A DNA stretch of 64,000 nucleotides, from contig CM082595.2 in NCBI GenBank assembly GCA_040954595.2, positions 62,001-126,000 on the forward strand, written 5' to 3'. Shown here piece after piece: positions 35,723-51,068 of this stretch. The position numbers were made by a program, and so were the translations under genes. Every line of letters starts with the position of its first letter. Position 1 is the first letter of the stretch. This DNA is from Balanoglossus misakiensis. Taxonomy: Eukaryota > Animalia > Hemichordata. The notes under the pieces were generated by a model that saw only the letters and a program-made list of their open reading frames with translations, had not been told where the DNA came from and ran no database searches.

Positions 35723-38700
35723 TCGGCACGGCTATCTAGTCCGCAGTACTACATAGCTTTATTTACAATTAGTCATAAACTCTTCCTTAAGTTTTCTTAC
35801 TCGTAGTGAAGGAGGAGGGGTGTGCATCGGTCTTGTCTCCCTCCCCTTTCTTCCAGAGGAGAAGTGTACATATAATCAACCTGTATCTTACCATGGTGAC
35901 TTTCTTGTATGTCTATGAATTTGACTTTTACCTGAGTAGATAACCATAGAAACCTAATCCTGATCAATTAGGCATTTGTAGACGTAGAGTTTTGTGCACA
36001 TGATAATCAAATGTGATGAATGCATAGTATACTGAAGTTTATTGTAGTCATTTTTCTGGTTTACTGGACTTGCTTATTGTCCAAAAGTAATGATCAACAT
36101 TGGTTTTCGATTGGTGAATCAACAGGTGCTCTGGGTTACAATTATGAGCTTATGATCAGATGACATTTGCATATGTCTGATCCATTACCGGCCAATGAGG
36201 AATTGTCAGCATGTTTTACACAACATCAGATAGTCATGTGTTGTGATGTTCGTGGCATATTTTAACAGCATAAGTGTGAATATATTTATTAGTTTTCAGT
36301 TAATGTAAATGTTGGATATGTGACATGACCAGTCCATCAGCTGTCATGACATTGGCAATATCACGGTTTCTGAAGTGCTTGTCGTAAACTCAGGCTTGCT
36401 AAAATGTTTGCTGAATTACTAACATAATCATCTGAAGATGTTGAAAACTTAATACTGATTTGAACTTTTCAGAGATCACCAAATTATTTCAGGCCAAACC
36501 ATACCATGGAATGTATTAAAGCATACTCATGCATTTTGACTTCTGACCTAATATACTTGTTTAAATGCAGTCATTTCTGTACATTTGAAAATTTATTTGC
36601 TTATTTGAAAAGTGAGCACAAAATTATTTATTTACACAGGATATTGTATGACATAGTCATAGTGCAAGTGGGTTCACCTTTTAGTAGACAAATTTGGCAC
36701 ATTAGTCATGTTTTGGGACACATGACAGTCACATGACTCGGTGACCCATATCTAGAGCACCCAATGTACAGCACTGTTAAATTACTGTTGTATTTCCATT
36801 GCAAAATTGGGATTATATCGCCATAGTATTTAAAGTCTTTTCGGAACCTTGTATAGGTATATTGAGTTTATCAAGCAGTACTTTTATTTATGTTTTTATA
36901 AGCTGTTTTAAAATCTAAATGGAAGTGTAATATTTTTTTCCAATGTTTTACCATTCCATTTTAACTGATGTACAAACCATAGATTTTGTCTTTTGCGATA
37001 TGAATGACAAAAACTTCACATCAGACAACTGGTATGTAAAGGTCAGCAAGCCACAATTATTATTTCACTTTTTTTTGGATTAAGAAATCTTCAAAGATTC
37101 AACATCTTATCAATCTGAACTGGTTGGCGTATTACTAGTACGGTGTGTTTGTTTTCACAGAGAGTTCAAAGTGTGACAAGAAATGTATAGGAGATCAGAA
37201 AAGCATTCAGATATTGCTTTCTCTGTAATTAATACCTCTTTTATGGCTTCTGTAGAAAATAAGATTTTATACATAATGTAAAATCATTGTTTTTTAATTA
37301 GACGGTAATAATCTGCATCATGGCATTCGTTTTTGTACAGTGAGCCACAGCAGCAAAATCTTGAAGATTAGAATAGTTCATAATGTCTCATATTGCATAT
37401 TACTATTAGTGAATGCACTTTTAAAACTAAAGGTTAGTGATTATGTTGTAGAGGACTAGGTAGCTCTTGATTTCTTTGTTTTTAGTTCAACTGGGTTGTC
37501 TAACGTCTAGGGCTGCTTTGTGTTTTTATCTACAAGTTGGTTTGTAACAGTTCTGGTGTGTGTGTTTTTTGTTTTGTTTTTTGCTTTTTGTGCCTGAATG
37601 ATGATAGTTAAATGCAGTGTTGAAGAAGTTGGAATAAAGTTTACAGAGTGGTAGATGATATTGAACCTGTACTGTGCTGTTGTGTGTGACATTTTCACAG
37701 CATGTTTGTGTAGTTTTAATTTATGGTCTCCAACTTAACAAATGTTTTGGAGAAGACACTCAAACGTGTTGCTTTGTCTTTGTTAATTTCACAAGCAGTA
37801 TATCCCTAGATTTTCACTTGGTTGCCATGCAAAGAAAAGTGCACCACCACATGGTCATTCGAAGACTTGGGACACATTCTTTCCTACTTCAATAGTAAAA
37901 TTAGAGATGATTTTGTTTAGTGATTGTGATTAGCGTTTCCTTGGTGATGAGAACCTGGGGAAAGATGGGCATGAGAGACTAAGCCCCATAGCCTATTCGC
38001 GGGTTATGAACCAAACAAAACAGTGCTGAAGAATGCCCACCAGTCGGAGTTGCATAGGGCCCCCAGCGGTCAGAGTTACCATTGTTTTGTTTTGGCGAAC
38101 TTTGCCGTATGTGGCGCTATCCTGACACGGTTTTATGATTTCATGTACAACCCATTGTGTAACCTTGGCGTAGTGTTTCCGCCGCTAATGATTTGATGAA
38201 ACTGGTTAATAATTAATAAACACGCAAAATGATCATGGTCTTTAGCTGATGCATGTTCTGAAAAGTGTAAAAAACACCCTAAGCGACGAAGGGTGCATGC
38301 AGGCAAGACTCCTTCAACACAAGAACACAGGCATACCACAGGTTAATCTACATTGTCCTTTATATATAGACCTTCCAAGAAATGAAAATGCGAACTCCTG
38401 GTGTTACCCTGAAAGTCGTACAATTTCAATGTCGTCACTATCCACACGATCTCATTTCCAGATCCAGGGAAATAGAATTAACTGTCAATTTGAAAAGCTT
38501 GGCCATGGATAATGATCAGGCAATCATCATTAGATGAATCGATACACGAGAGTTGTTTGCTTGAAAATTTAACAAGGCCTGTTAAGTTAGTACACGCCCC
38601 GAAAAACGATAGTATCCAAACCTCTGAAGTCAGTTTTTATGTGAGAAGTCTTTTTTGAAAGCAGAGAAGAAAATAGGGTGCTCACCTTCTTGTTTTCATT

Positions 38701-41244
38701 AAAAAATCACTACTTTAGTATTTTCATGGAGTTAACGAGATTGGCGGCCGTTTTGAATTTCAAATTTGAGACAGTTTCCATCTCTCATATAAAGAGGCAA
38801 TTTTACGTGTTCTCGTGGATTTATAACTTGACGACTTATGAAATCCAAGAACACTTTAGAAATTGAGAAACTGAACTTTCAAATGGTTCCAAATCACAAT
38901 TTCGGGAACTGAAAAAAACACCTTGTGCTGAGAAAGTTGTGACTGTATTGTTGTGTTTTGTGATTGCTGAGGGCTGGGGATAACGAAAGCGACAGACAGA
39001 AGAGTATCTTGAACTTTTCCGTTTTGCACAGCGCCACCAGAGACTAGAGTTACAGTGCAATGCACTTTCTGCCGTGCAGCCATCATTACTCTAGACACGT
39101 TTTACAAATTACACTCAATTGAATAGTCTTACTATAATGACTTGCCCGCAAATGATTTGAAGAAACCGGTGAATAATAAACAAGCAAACAGTCAATTTCC
39201 TCATGCTCATGCGTGTTCTCATAAGAGTAAAATTACCTCTCCATTCGACGAAGGGTGCCTTGCGGTGGCGTGGCTCACTTTACCCTAACCCCTGTTGACA
39301 AGATGAAAAGAGCTCGTGGAGGAAGCTTTTGAGTCGTTCAATTTCAATCCCTGCACCATCTCATTTGCACGCACAGAGGAGAATAATCACTCTGCAAACT
39401 TGGCCGCGGCTCTAATGATGGTCATTTCCAAACTCGTCAACTTCTCCGCCAAATAATCAATCCACTGTATTAAGAGTTGAAAGAGACGATATATTACCTG
39501 CACATCGTGACTTCTCTCAGTCTAAAAGTTCAATCTTTGTAGTTGGCATATAGAAATCACATTTTGTTATTTATTTTCTGCTGCAAAATTCAGTTTTAGC
39601 TCCCAAAGTTCCATTTTCTAAACATGGCAGAAATCCGCCATCTTGTAATCCTGTCGACCACATCAGATTTGTATCACTTACCTAGGGAGCAAAAACATAT
39701 TTAAGGTAGCAAGAATTCTAACGCGAACCAGGGGGAGCTCACCAACAATGCCAACACAAATATTCATACCACGCCCTTCAACTGTTCGGATGATACCTAT
39801 ACAAATGTGGGATTAATTTGACAAAGGCTGATGATGACAGTTTCAATGCCGAGGACGATGACATTAGCTTCACAAGGTGACGCCGATAAAAATAACTGAT
39901 GTGTCAGGGAAACATTCTGCAAATGGATATTTAATTGTAATCAGATAAAACCCCTCGTCATCGGACACTTCTTGAACATAAAATCCTAATCCCTTATTCA
40001 AAAAATCGAAATTTATATTGTCAGTGTGTAAACTCTCATACCCCAGTTACATGTATCATATTAGTACAAGTCCCACTAGCCTGACATTTCAGATCATTAA
40101 AGTGCCTCATCATTAGAAATGTTCAAATGCTCGGATGCCGTGAAGGTTTGTCCACACTTGAAATTGTGATGTCCTGTGCGAACAAAGTACAGCGACTTCC
40201 AACGCTGTTGTATTTGTATCAGGGAACAGCTATTAACCTTATTTACATAAAATCATAAACTTCGTTCTGCACATTTTTTTAAACTGGCAACCGGACAAAT
40301 GACGTGCTTTGGGATTTTGGCTTGTCCACAGTGAGCTGATGAAACTGGTTATGAATTATGCGCGAGAGGTTTTTTTGTCACGTCCGCGATTGAAACTAAA
40401 AATTCGCGCAGATTATAACTGATTGGTGCATTTCAGAAAGTACGGGATTGAGGGCATGGCGCTGATGAAATTGAAATCATGACTAAAAGCAAAAAGAAGA
40501 GCTTTAATCCGGGCATTGGTGGTGGGTTTAACGAAGGCGCGATTACTGTTTCATTGCTTTTATATGCACAATTACCCTTTCCAAATCGATGGATTGAACT
40601 ATCTCTAATGCGCTCTCTTCAGCACGCTACCAAATTAGCAATTATTCTCAGCCAGTAGTCAAAAAAATGTGACTGGGACAAACAGGATCAATTTTTTTAT
40701 GGAAAACACGTTTAGAAAACACGTTTACCTGGCGCATTTGGGTAGCAGTATAGTGTTTGACTATGTGCGCTTATACTTCCTCGAGGATACGTGAACTGCT
40801 TGCGCCTGTTTGCCACTCGGCCAATCAGAAAGCGTGTACTATCTCCCCATGAACCGTGTCATTCAGAAAGAGTTGTTCCCGCACGTACAATTCAAAGCGC
40901 GATATGAGTAAATAGTACAAAAGTGTGTTGTTACCTCATGTAGAATTGACCGGTGTGCTCTGCTGCCCAGGCAGACATATTTACACTTGGACTGTACTAT
41001 ATCATCGACAATGACTAGTTACATAACAAGTGCTCATCGTCGCAATTTGTCAGTGTGAGCCAGTGACTTAAAAAATCACTGAAATATCACAGCCTCCATT
41101 ATCAGGCATTCTGCGTCTCCCTTGGTAGATTGTTTGCCCTTATTAAAGCGCCTAAAAAAATTGCCTAAAGACCAGTTACATAGCCGAGCAGACCATTTCA
41201 CGCAATAAAGCGAATCTTGATCACATCTTTGTTATTTTGCCACA

Positions 41245-41352
41245 CAATTGCAATCAATTGAAGATTCTTACGTGACACGGCGCACGTACCTCATCAAGCA
41301 ATTGCAATCAATTGAAGAGACTTACGTGACATGGCGCACGTACCTCATCAAG
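41245..41352. repeat. 54-bp tandem duplication (2 copies)
   Basis: caattgcaatcaattgaagattcttacgtgacacggcgcacgtacctcatcaag at 41245 and 41299, with three substitutions. Confidence 0.85.
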
Positions 41353-44300
41353 AAAAGCTAGCTGTGGACTAAGATGATCTCCTGGAGCGGGTTGACATTT
41401 TCATTTGACAAATATATTCATGCTCGAAAATTTTCACCAAACAGCGCCGAAATTATCTGTAGCCAGGTGTCCGCTTACAGACACCTGCACTCGCTGAAGC
41501 TGTTCACCCAGCGTGATTTGCTTCACTAACCCACGGCCCTAAATGTATTCAATTTTGTCACTCTATCCATCCAAACTAACGATTTCACCGAATATAGTTT
41601 CCATAGCGCAAAACATGAAAGCCCCGTGAGCTATTACTTATTTGCATTATTTTCATGATTTTTTTCATTTAGAGAGCTTTAATGAATCATTTCAGCAACT
41701 TCTGTTTGGGGCTGTACGTTTAAATGTGAGCTTATTTGGAAATTATACCAAAAACTTACTCATATATTTCGACTAATGATGCATTGTCATTGCAATTGAG
41801 CATTTCATTATTTTTATTAGGGTCCCAAGACATGACAAAATTCGGATTAATTTTTCCGAGTCATAATCAATATTGTATGTGATAAAATATACATATATAT
41901 CGGAGTACATTCCCTTAATGTCACAGTGTAGCCTCATGTATACAAATATATTTCACAAAAGCAAGAACGTACTACCAACAAACAAACAAACAAAACTGAC
42001 AATCATAATGAAGTAAACCCATTAGGATATTTCCTTCCCCATTCTGTATTGTTGTTGTACGAAAGTTTATTTTTTTGGAAATTATACCAAGCATGTGAAG
42101 CTATTTACGAAAAAGGAATGATATTTTCTCAAAACAAACAATATCTGTTTGCAAATATCGCATAGTGAATATTGATTTTGATCGTTTCATTTCAAGTTGT
42201 AGAGGAAAATCAAGACAGTCGTAGTATTGTAGGCTTATCTGGCTTAATTCAATGGACATTTTCGCCAGTTTTTCCCATGAGACGGTGTTATAGGCAGCAT
42301 TGTCATTGCTAGGGGCGCCTGTTAAGCTCGACTTGATAAGAACCGTTCAAAACAGCCGTAATCCGCCTAATGGAGGTTTCGTTTTTTAATGCCGCATTTA
42401 GCGGGACAATAAACTGGCATTATCGCCAATTAGAGGCTGTCCGCCCACCGACAATATCACTTTATTGCGTACCCTATGTTTGGTGGGAAAATTTGAGAAA
42501 ACGCTGTTGGCTTCCTTCAAGACAGCGACGCATCTGTGTTATGCTTGGAGGATAGTGGAATCATTCGGCCAAATTACAAACTATACGATCCATCTGCCCG
42601 TGCCCGCTTATCCGTCTGTTTGTCTGTCTGTCCAAATCTACACAGTCATCATCTTCTCCGAGTCGATATTGGCCACGTACTCACGCGCTATCTCAATGAC
42701 CAGGGCTACCGGCCCTTGTTAAATTCAAGTGACGTGATATTATGATCAGAAACCATATGACTCACATTGTATATATACTGCATAATATTTGATTTACAAT
42801 ATCGAAGATAGATAGTTTAGAAGTAGTCCATTACAGATAATTGCAGAACTGTGTGTGCTGTATTAAAAGGACGCTACGAAAGACTCAAATCAAACTGCTG
42901 GGTTTGCCTGAATGATGGAGAGCAGAAGGGTTATCGAGGCATACACAGTTGTTTTTAGTCTGATATTAAACGACTGAGATAGCATCTGCCTGATAAAATG
43001 AACAACTTTATCACAACAGGAAGACCCCAAGCCCCAGAGAATGCTGAAGTATCCCACAGATACCATGTAGGCCCATGAATACATGACAAATGGAAAACAA
43101 ATGTTCTCAGACCGGTTTACCACCACGGTCGTTTTCCCGTGTTCGTTATCCTAAAATAGAACCTACAGGATTTATGTACGGCTTATACAGCCTGTAATTT
43201 TCTAAGTTCTATCTGTCTAACGAACAGATACAAAAATGTCGCAAAATATAAAAGAAAAGAAGATTTGGTGAATAAACATGGAAAATATAACACAATGAAT
43301 ATGACTTGGCACTTAAGCATGAAAGTAAAGATGTGTTTGGGGTATCAAAAATAGCACTAATTTGGGTGTGTTTGTCGATTAATAATTGTAGCCGACATTG
43401 CCAAATCCTTCAAACCCCCCCCCCCCCCCCCCCGAAATCAAATGGTTCTTCCTTAAGTACCAATGGCTATACTCTCACATATCTAAACGGTCCAACTTCA
43501 GATACTGCTACGGCACGGTATATGGCACATATCAGGTTTGTGCTTTCAAGTATTTGTTGTGCCTGTGAGCACTGTGAGACACAAAACAGTGAAAGTACAC
43601 CTATAATAACTGACTAATTGAGTCAAAAATTTGATTAGGTTCATTTGGTTTGATAGTGTATACAGTGATTCAGCGTGCAATTCAAATGATAGCGCCTGCA
43701 TCTCAAGTTATGTGCCTTCAGATCATGTAACAATAACTCACTTCTGTGCGCACATGCTGGGATAAAGATGCTTCAAAGAGCCCTGAAGCAGTTACGTGTT
43801 TTTGGTTGTGCAAGCCACACGTGTACCTTTCATTTAGTAATGAGAACTTAAATGTCATACAGTTACTTAACTATCGTGGCCTCCAGACTTATCGCGTGTG
43901 TTTTAGATTAAAACAAATTTCACACATCTGTCGATGTGATTTCTAATGTGGCCAAACTAATTCGCTTCTTTGACGGGTATTTTTAGTAAGAAGACGTGCC
44001 GATTCCCCAGGTTGTACATTTCTATTCTATTACTATGAAGTATATTGTACAATACTGCCAAAAGAGAGTATGCTGTGTCATATTTGTGTAGACGCAATGC
44101 ATGCACACAGACAATACAAGTCTAAAATGTGAAACTCTGACGTCCATTTTGTTTTTAACCTTGTGCTTGAGAGTTGAGACGAGAGTGTCAGAGTGGCATT
44201 CAACCACTGAAGAAACCAATTTAAAAATTCACTCATGACCAGAAATTGGGTTAAATGTCATTTCGATTGTGTATTGCTAACTAGGTCACGGCCCTGTCAG

Positions 44301-47300
44301 CCTTTAATAGGGAGATTTCCCTCACAAGTGAATAAAGCGATACTACATGTGCTTTCATATTGCTCATTGTGGCCAGTCATTTTTTCCTGATATGATTTGG
44401 GTTTCCTGCTACCCTACCGGTAGATAATAACGAAGTTGTTGGAATTCTCTGCTGCTTAGGGGCAAAATAGGCTTGTAATCTTGGATTTCACGCTTGTTTT
44501 CGAGATTTGTAAATGCCTATTGCCACTGTACTGACGTGCATTCGATTTGTTCCCCTCAAGGGCCCAGTGATATGCCAGCATGACACCGCAAAGGAGATCG
44601 AACTAAAAATGTCCAGTCCGAGAGAGTTTTCAAAAATAGCAGCGGAAAATAAGATCGTTGTAACCTCGTGCAAGAATGAACGTTTTGCTCTTGACGGATA
44701 CACGCTGTTATTTTAGTTTGAGTTCGAAGCATACGATTTGTCTCTGTCTATATATTCATTCTGTCAATATGGAACTTTGGTAAGATGCTGTTGGTCGAAT
44801 TTTGTCCGAATTCGAAAGAATTGTTCCCCCACGATGTTTTTGCGATAAAGGAGGGTGTTCTCGAAATAAGTGTTTTATTTTGCTCTGAGTTGTTGCTTAG
44901 TTACAAGAACCAGCCCTGGATCATGCGCAAAGCTTTCTTCGTTAAACAATTATCACAAAACTTGACTTTTTGTTGATAAACTTCGAAAATCTCATAGATA
45001 GCTAAATGCAAGAAGGAATTCTGAAGGTTCAAGTGAACAAAAATATTATCATGGGGATACAATGAGAGCTTGCGATGTCCACTGGGATGACTTATAGACA
45101 GTTCAAAAGCATTTCATCCTCTCACTCCGAGCTATATAGACAAGCTAAAATGCCTTGAAACATTCGTAAGAAAGGGAGATTTTAACCTTGACGTTGTATA
45201 ACCGCGTCATAAACAACATCTGAAAGGGGTAGAATACACTAAAGGAGCGATAATGTGAATCAAATTGCAGTGTAGTAAACACGGTATCAACATTTCTATG
45301 TTCCATTATTCGACTATTACATGTAAAACCTCGAATCATTTTATCACAAGCAATCAGCGCGCGACACACTCAATACATTTGTTTCGAGTTAAGTCGAGAA
45401 AATAGCCCGCAGTTACATGATGTTTGTACAAACAGTACGGGAAGAAAATTCCAAATCATTGATGTTTGTCCCTGTATTTTCTTTTAAATATCGAGATAAT
45501 CTGAGACCAAAATACCATGGCGTAGTTCCCTGAGAGATAATCTCGACTCATGGGAACTCGCTATCATCTGCCGCTGGACATATTATTGGAACCAAATCAA
45601 TTTACGTTTCTGGATTACTGTTAGAATGCACAGTGAAAATGTTATAAAATGAATTCTATTGAAATGAGTATGTAAATCTGCTTCATCTATTTTGTAGATA
45701 CGTTCACTTATTTTGTTAGGGAATAGTGTATTTGTAAAAGATTTACTTACAACCGTGGCAGAAATTAATGTATTGCTGGCTTAAATGCCTTCTCAAGTTT
45801 AGCATATCGAATGTGGAAACTTAGCGTGCGAGAGAGACAGAGACAGGGTGAGACAGAGATGCAGACAAAGAGCCAGTCGAAAACAACTTTTAATAGGACC
45901 TTCGGAATATTGAAGATCTACACCCATGTTCACTTAACTGAAATAGAAAGTTCTCAAGGTCAATTTATTAATCTTTTTGATGAATTCCATAAGCCTATCA
46001 AAGTTATTCCGATGCCATTCGTTCAGTCAACAAGGTTTTCTGTCTGAGATTGCCTCTTCCTTTTAAGCAAAAAAAACCTTGTAAACATCTTGCCTTGTTT
46101 CAAATATAACTTAACACTTTAATCCGGGTTTTTTAGCTAGCATTTTACATGGAAGAGTTTGACCAACAGGGCAATGCAAACGGAAAAATGCATAATTTTC
46201 CTGAGGTAACTTTACTCCAGTCACTTCAAGTGAGATCAAAAGTGACATACGTATCTGGTTGACTGCTTCTTCTTGGAGTATAATGATAAATTTTATCAAA
46301 ATCTTCTCAATCAAAAGCTAAAAACTATTCTATACTCAATATCTTATCGCAAAAATGTAGTATCAAAATTCTGCACTCTATGTACGAGGTATTTTGTTGC
46401 AAAGAATCAAAATTTGATCGATACTTACATAGTCTGTTCGCTTCCGATATTTTATTATGTAAGATATAGAGTGTGTGAGAAATTTTAACATCCATTAAAT
46501 GTTCTTTAGGTTTTGCTCTTTCACATTTTGCGCAGCTATCCCCATGATAAAAATGAAGCAACATTTCCAGCAACGAACTTAAAGTTTAAGTAATATGCTA
46601 CCAAAATAGAGCGGGTCATTCATAAATTTTTAAAAGGACGCAAAAGCAGACAGTAAGACGGATGGAATTACCATTGGGACGAAAGAATGGCAGAGTTCGA
46701 GATATTTCTTCGACATTTACGGTCACTATAGTTAAATGCACAAGCAATGAAACGCTATGCAGTTATTGACAGGGCGATCACGGTGAGGTGTGAAAAGCCT
46801 GGCCAACATTTTTGAGCGATAAATGTAGAGCTTAACATGGAAGTATTGCATTACGGGGGTTTAGTTTACTATTCAAGGCGACGGGCGGTGGTTGTTCGCT
46901 CCGTGATTATGGCGTCGTTGTAAAATGATGAGCGACAGCTTTCCTGCCAACGCACCGGGCCGCGATATGAACCAAATGGACCTCGGAAAGTGCCTTGAAC
47001 ATCAAAGTCTTAAACATTTTCTCATATTTTTATCAGTGCAACTTGAGATTACTTAACATTGAGAATAAAAATTAGGAGTCATTTGAATAACAGTTCTCCA
47101 CTTAACCAGTTCTCATATTTTCTCAAGGTAACTTTAGATTATTCACTATGAGAATAAAAAAGTGAGGTCATCATGTAATTATTTAACTAGTAAATGAGAG
47201 AGCCACATTTCTCGCAATTGAAGCACACCGTCATAGAACGATGACAAACCTTTTTTTGAAAGACGTATGGTAAGAGAAGTGTTGCAATTCAAATACGAAA

Positions 47301-50021
47301 CTTCTATCATGGAATATATGTTTCGCACCGTCGTGCACTGTTCTTCGCGAGTATTTATCTATTTTTAATTTACCTCCTGAGACAAATATTTTTCATTACC
47401 TAATGTAAGAAATGATGATTCAATAAACTTCACAGACAATAAATTTAACGCAGTTTTAATCGTAATTTGAAACGCTTGGTGGAATTCTCTGTTCACAGCA
47501 GAAATTCTAATTTCCACTGGGAAAACTGGCCAACACTCTCGTCATCTTCCAAAGTTATAACCGAGAACAGTTCGCCCAAGCTTTGCTATGTGAATTAAAT
47601 GACAGCAAGTCTTGTCTTTTGGAAATAACCAACCACCTCAAAGTTTCTTTCGTGGAAACATTTATCAGGTATATTAGTCACACAGAAAAAAACTGTGCAT
47701 AAAGCTCCCAACGGAGATAATTGTAGATTGATGGTGAGTGAATGTTGCTCCATGTTTCCTCGTATATTTCTCGACAAAAAAGTCGCCATAGAATACCGTA
47801 CCCGGTATATCGTGTGATGGATAATAACGGTCTCCTTGTCGCATCCATTCGCGAGCTCCACCCCTCGTTTTACGTAAAGGAAGAAACCACGCGATGAGAT
47901 GGGATAACGTGATAAGATAGTCTCTGGAGGGTTGTAATATGACGGGATTATCTTGGCAGATAATGATAAGATTGAGGTGATTTGAGCTACAATTGTCATG
48001 AAATAATTAGGTACGAGTTTTGAACTGGGATTATGATGCGCAGTTACAATATGCGCATCTCCAACAAGACAGTATTTTGATATCGAAGCAAAAGTATCAC
48101 TATCTTCGCTGATGCTAAAGATTTTCAAAATAAGTTTCATCTTGCAATTTGTATTTTCATCTCTATATTAACTCTCCACGTTTTTGGCAGCAGGTATGAT
48201 GGTGACCGAGTTTCTAATATTGATGAGATCTTAACCACAACGGGTGCTCCTTCTGGCTTATCAGACAGCGCCGAATTTTCCAGATTTGATTTTGTCTTGC
48301 AAGCCTCATATTCACACACGGAGTTTACTAATAAAAGGGCCACTACCAGCAACTTCTGGCTATTTGTCCAGCTGTAAACTGCATCAGCTGTAACCACAAA
48401 AATGTACAACAAAATGCACAACAAACGTCAATGGAAATTGATAATATATACAAAAAGGAAACATTTTAGTCGTCACGTGTAACCTAAAGGATGACCAGAA
48501 AAGCTAACGAGTGTACGGTAAGACATCGGTTGTAAAAAAGGAGCACAAGAAAATGTACCGTACGACACTTACTCTGCCCACGATCATTCCACCTGAAGAT
48601 AGATACATTAAGCAAATTTAAATTGGCCAGGAGAGAAATTCAACAGTGGAAAGGCGCACTAGTGGTCGCCCATATTTGTGAATACAGAGATAAACGGATG
48701 AGACCAACAGCAGCAATTGGCAAACAGCGATTATCTTTTAAAGCTTTTAGTAATCTCATTTGTGAGACACCAAAGAAGCTCCTCTTACCGTCGCTGCACC
48801 CCCCCCCTCCCACAACAGGGCAAGTAATATGGGTAAATACCCTCACACAAAGCATTCCACTCATACGATTCAGGACAATCTTTCATGATTGATCGACTCG
48901 GCTTGGGCGGAATTCGCGCAGTTCAGGCAGTTGTGAGTATGCGCAGTATTTTTTGTTCATGCTTTGTTGCCATAGCTACTCTTGAATATATGCGTTGAAA
49001 GGCACCAGGGTTTTAAACAGCACTCAGAGCGACTCCATCCCATAACGAATCATCTCCATCATCCGGAACGGAGTGCAATTCTGTGAGATCACCGACTGCG
49101 CGCGTAGGCCAGAACATCAGCACCCTGAGAACTAGACCCAAGAGGTATGCGCTATTCATGTTAACTTCTTAACTTTTACAATTTTACTTGCCGTGTGTTT
49201 TTAGATAACTATAAATGTTCTTAGATATGTAAAAATGAAGTCTGTAGATTCTATCAAAGCTTATGCTGGCTCTTCTGTGAGTTTTCACGGGCAGATGTGT
49301 AGTAATGTGTAAAGACTGTATGATGTGTACTATCATGTGATAAGGTTATTTGGGCGGTAAGTGGGAACGTGCGTCGATTGGTATGAGCGAGTTTTCACTT
49401 CTGTTGAGCATTTCAGAACCACAGACCTGCTATCGCCCCCCCCCCCCTGTGGGTCTCCAGAAGCAACTGATTGTTCATTGAGCAAGTACAAGACTGCCAC
49501 TTTTCATCAGTCTCTGTGTCGCAAGAGCACGTCAGTGAAATTTACGGTCGGTTAGGGAAGAAGGGGTTCGTTTCAAGTTGCGAGGAAACAAAACAACACA
49601 ATTCTTCGTATCAACCATGGTTTCTTGTTCAGCTCCCCAAGGCACTAAATGTGTACAGTTAATCTTCTCAACATTGCACGCTGTCCACAGTGAAAGCATT
49701 TGTCTACAATAACAATGATCAGTACACGACTTGCCGTCAAGCAGAAAAGTTGGTGTATTTGGAAACTATGAAGAGAACAAGAAAATGTAGTTGGTGTACA
49801 AAACACAAATACTAACATAATATTAAAAGTTACCGATAGTGGCCCATAGTCTTGGTTGCAACACTAACTTTTTTCATATTTGTAACCGGGGACTGAAGCT
49901 GTGGAGAGGAGAAAAAATGTACCCCTTTAAGCTACTGAGCCTACGATAATATTATAACTGCTTATGAGTAATTCAAGACCGAATTTTAAGAAGAATAATA
50001 GGGTCTTCCTTTCTATTTTAG

Positions 50022-51068
50022 ATGGCATCCTATCACAACAACACGACCAATACATCTGTTCCCATGCCAACGGAGGAGGCCGATGGAGACGGCTGGGAAT
50101 TGAAGCTGACGGACCCGACTTTTTTCCACGAACAATTTTGGGTGGCGATCGTGTATGGCGTCGTGGCTGTGTGGGGCACCCTAGGCAACTCTGTAGTCAT
50201 GGCGACCATACTGCGCAATAAGTTTCTGCGCACCAACACCAACTATTTCATACTTAGTCTGGCATTTGCTGACTTAATGGCGTGTGTGATTCTTTTCCCC
50301 GTCAAGGTATTCCCTATCCCCCACGTGTCGCCGGGATTTGGCGGGGAGCTTCTGTGTCGTTTGATAATATCCGAGTTCCCGATGTGGACCAGTGTTGTAT
50401 CATCGGGTTTTCATCTGGGAGCAATAACCACAGAGAGATACGTTGCCATAGTTCACCCATATAAGTACATTTATTTCACTAAGACTAAGGCGGTGCTTTG
50501 CATCATTAGTTTATGGGCCATGACACTCATTTGCGAACCGTACCTAATTTACATATATACCTATCATGATGGCCACTGCACGACCATTAACACAGAAACA
50601 GCCCGACGGTACACACAGGTCAGTGCCATATTTCTCTTTCTGCTGTCGTATGTGCTTCAAATAATCATCATGCTCATCGGCTACACGGCGATTTTTAACA
50701 CCCTGAAGACAGAGGAGCGTAATATCAACTCTCTGTCCGGCGCCAACTTGGACATGGAACGCGAAAAGCTGACCGCCCGCAAAAACGTTGTCAAAATGCT
50801 AATGATCGTTGTTACCACCTACTTTGTCTGTCTGACGCCCAATCAGATTGTGTGGTTTGGCTTCAACGTGGGCCTGACCGTCGACTTCAACAGTGCCTAT
50901 TACAACATCACAGTGATGCTCACATTCGCCAACTCTTGCATGAACCCCGTTATCTACGCAATACGAAACCGTCGGTTTCGAACGGGAATGAGACTGTTAT
51001 TTTGCAAAGGGTCTGCGCAAGTCAGTGATTTGTCCACGGTCGCTCACACAGAGACTCATGACAACTAG
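50022..51068 (+). CDS. Class A (rhodopsin-like) GPCR, peptide-receptor-like (galanin/allatostatin/somatostatin-type), 348 aa, single coding exon
   Basis: Seven hydrophobic segments with GN (TM1), LAFAD (TM2), ERYVAIVHP (TM3), W (TM4), VVKML...FVCLTP (TM6) and NSCMNPVIY (TM7). An acceptor tttag sits directly before the ATG, and a candidate 5' UTR exon donor is at about 49144. Confidence 0.93.
   Translation: MASYHNNTTNTSVPMPTEEADGDGWELKLTDPTFFHEQFWVAIVYGVVAVWGTLGNSVVMATILRNKFLRTNTNYFILSLAFADLMACVILFPVKVFPIPHVSPGFGGELLCRLIISEFPMWTSVVSSGFHLGAITTERYVAIVHPYKYIYFTKTKAVLCIISLWAMTLICEPYLIYIYTYHDGHCTTINTETARRYTQVSAIFLFLLSYVLQIIIMLIGYTAIFNTLKTEERNINSLSGANLDMEREKLTARKNVVKMLMIVVTTYFVCLTPNQIVWFGFNVGLTVDFNSAYYNITVMLTFANSCMNPVIYAIRNRRFRTGMRLLFCKGSAQVSDLSTVAHTETHDN

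Noticed and set aside
47595-48424. Two abutting minus-strand ORFs (181 and 95 aa)
   Set aside because: No recognisable motif, exon structure or transposon domain; treated as chance ORFs pending a homology search.
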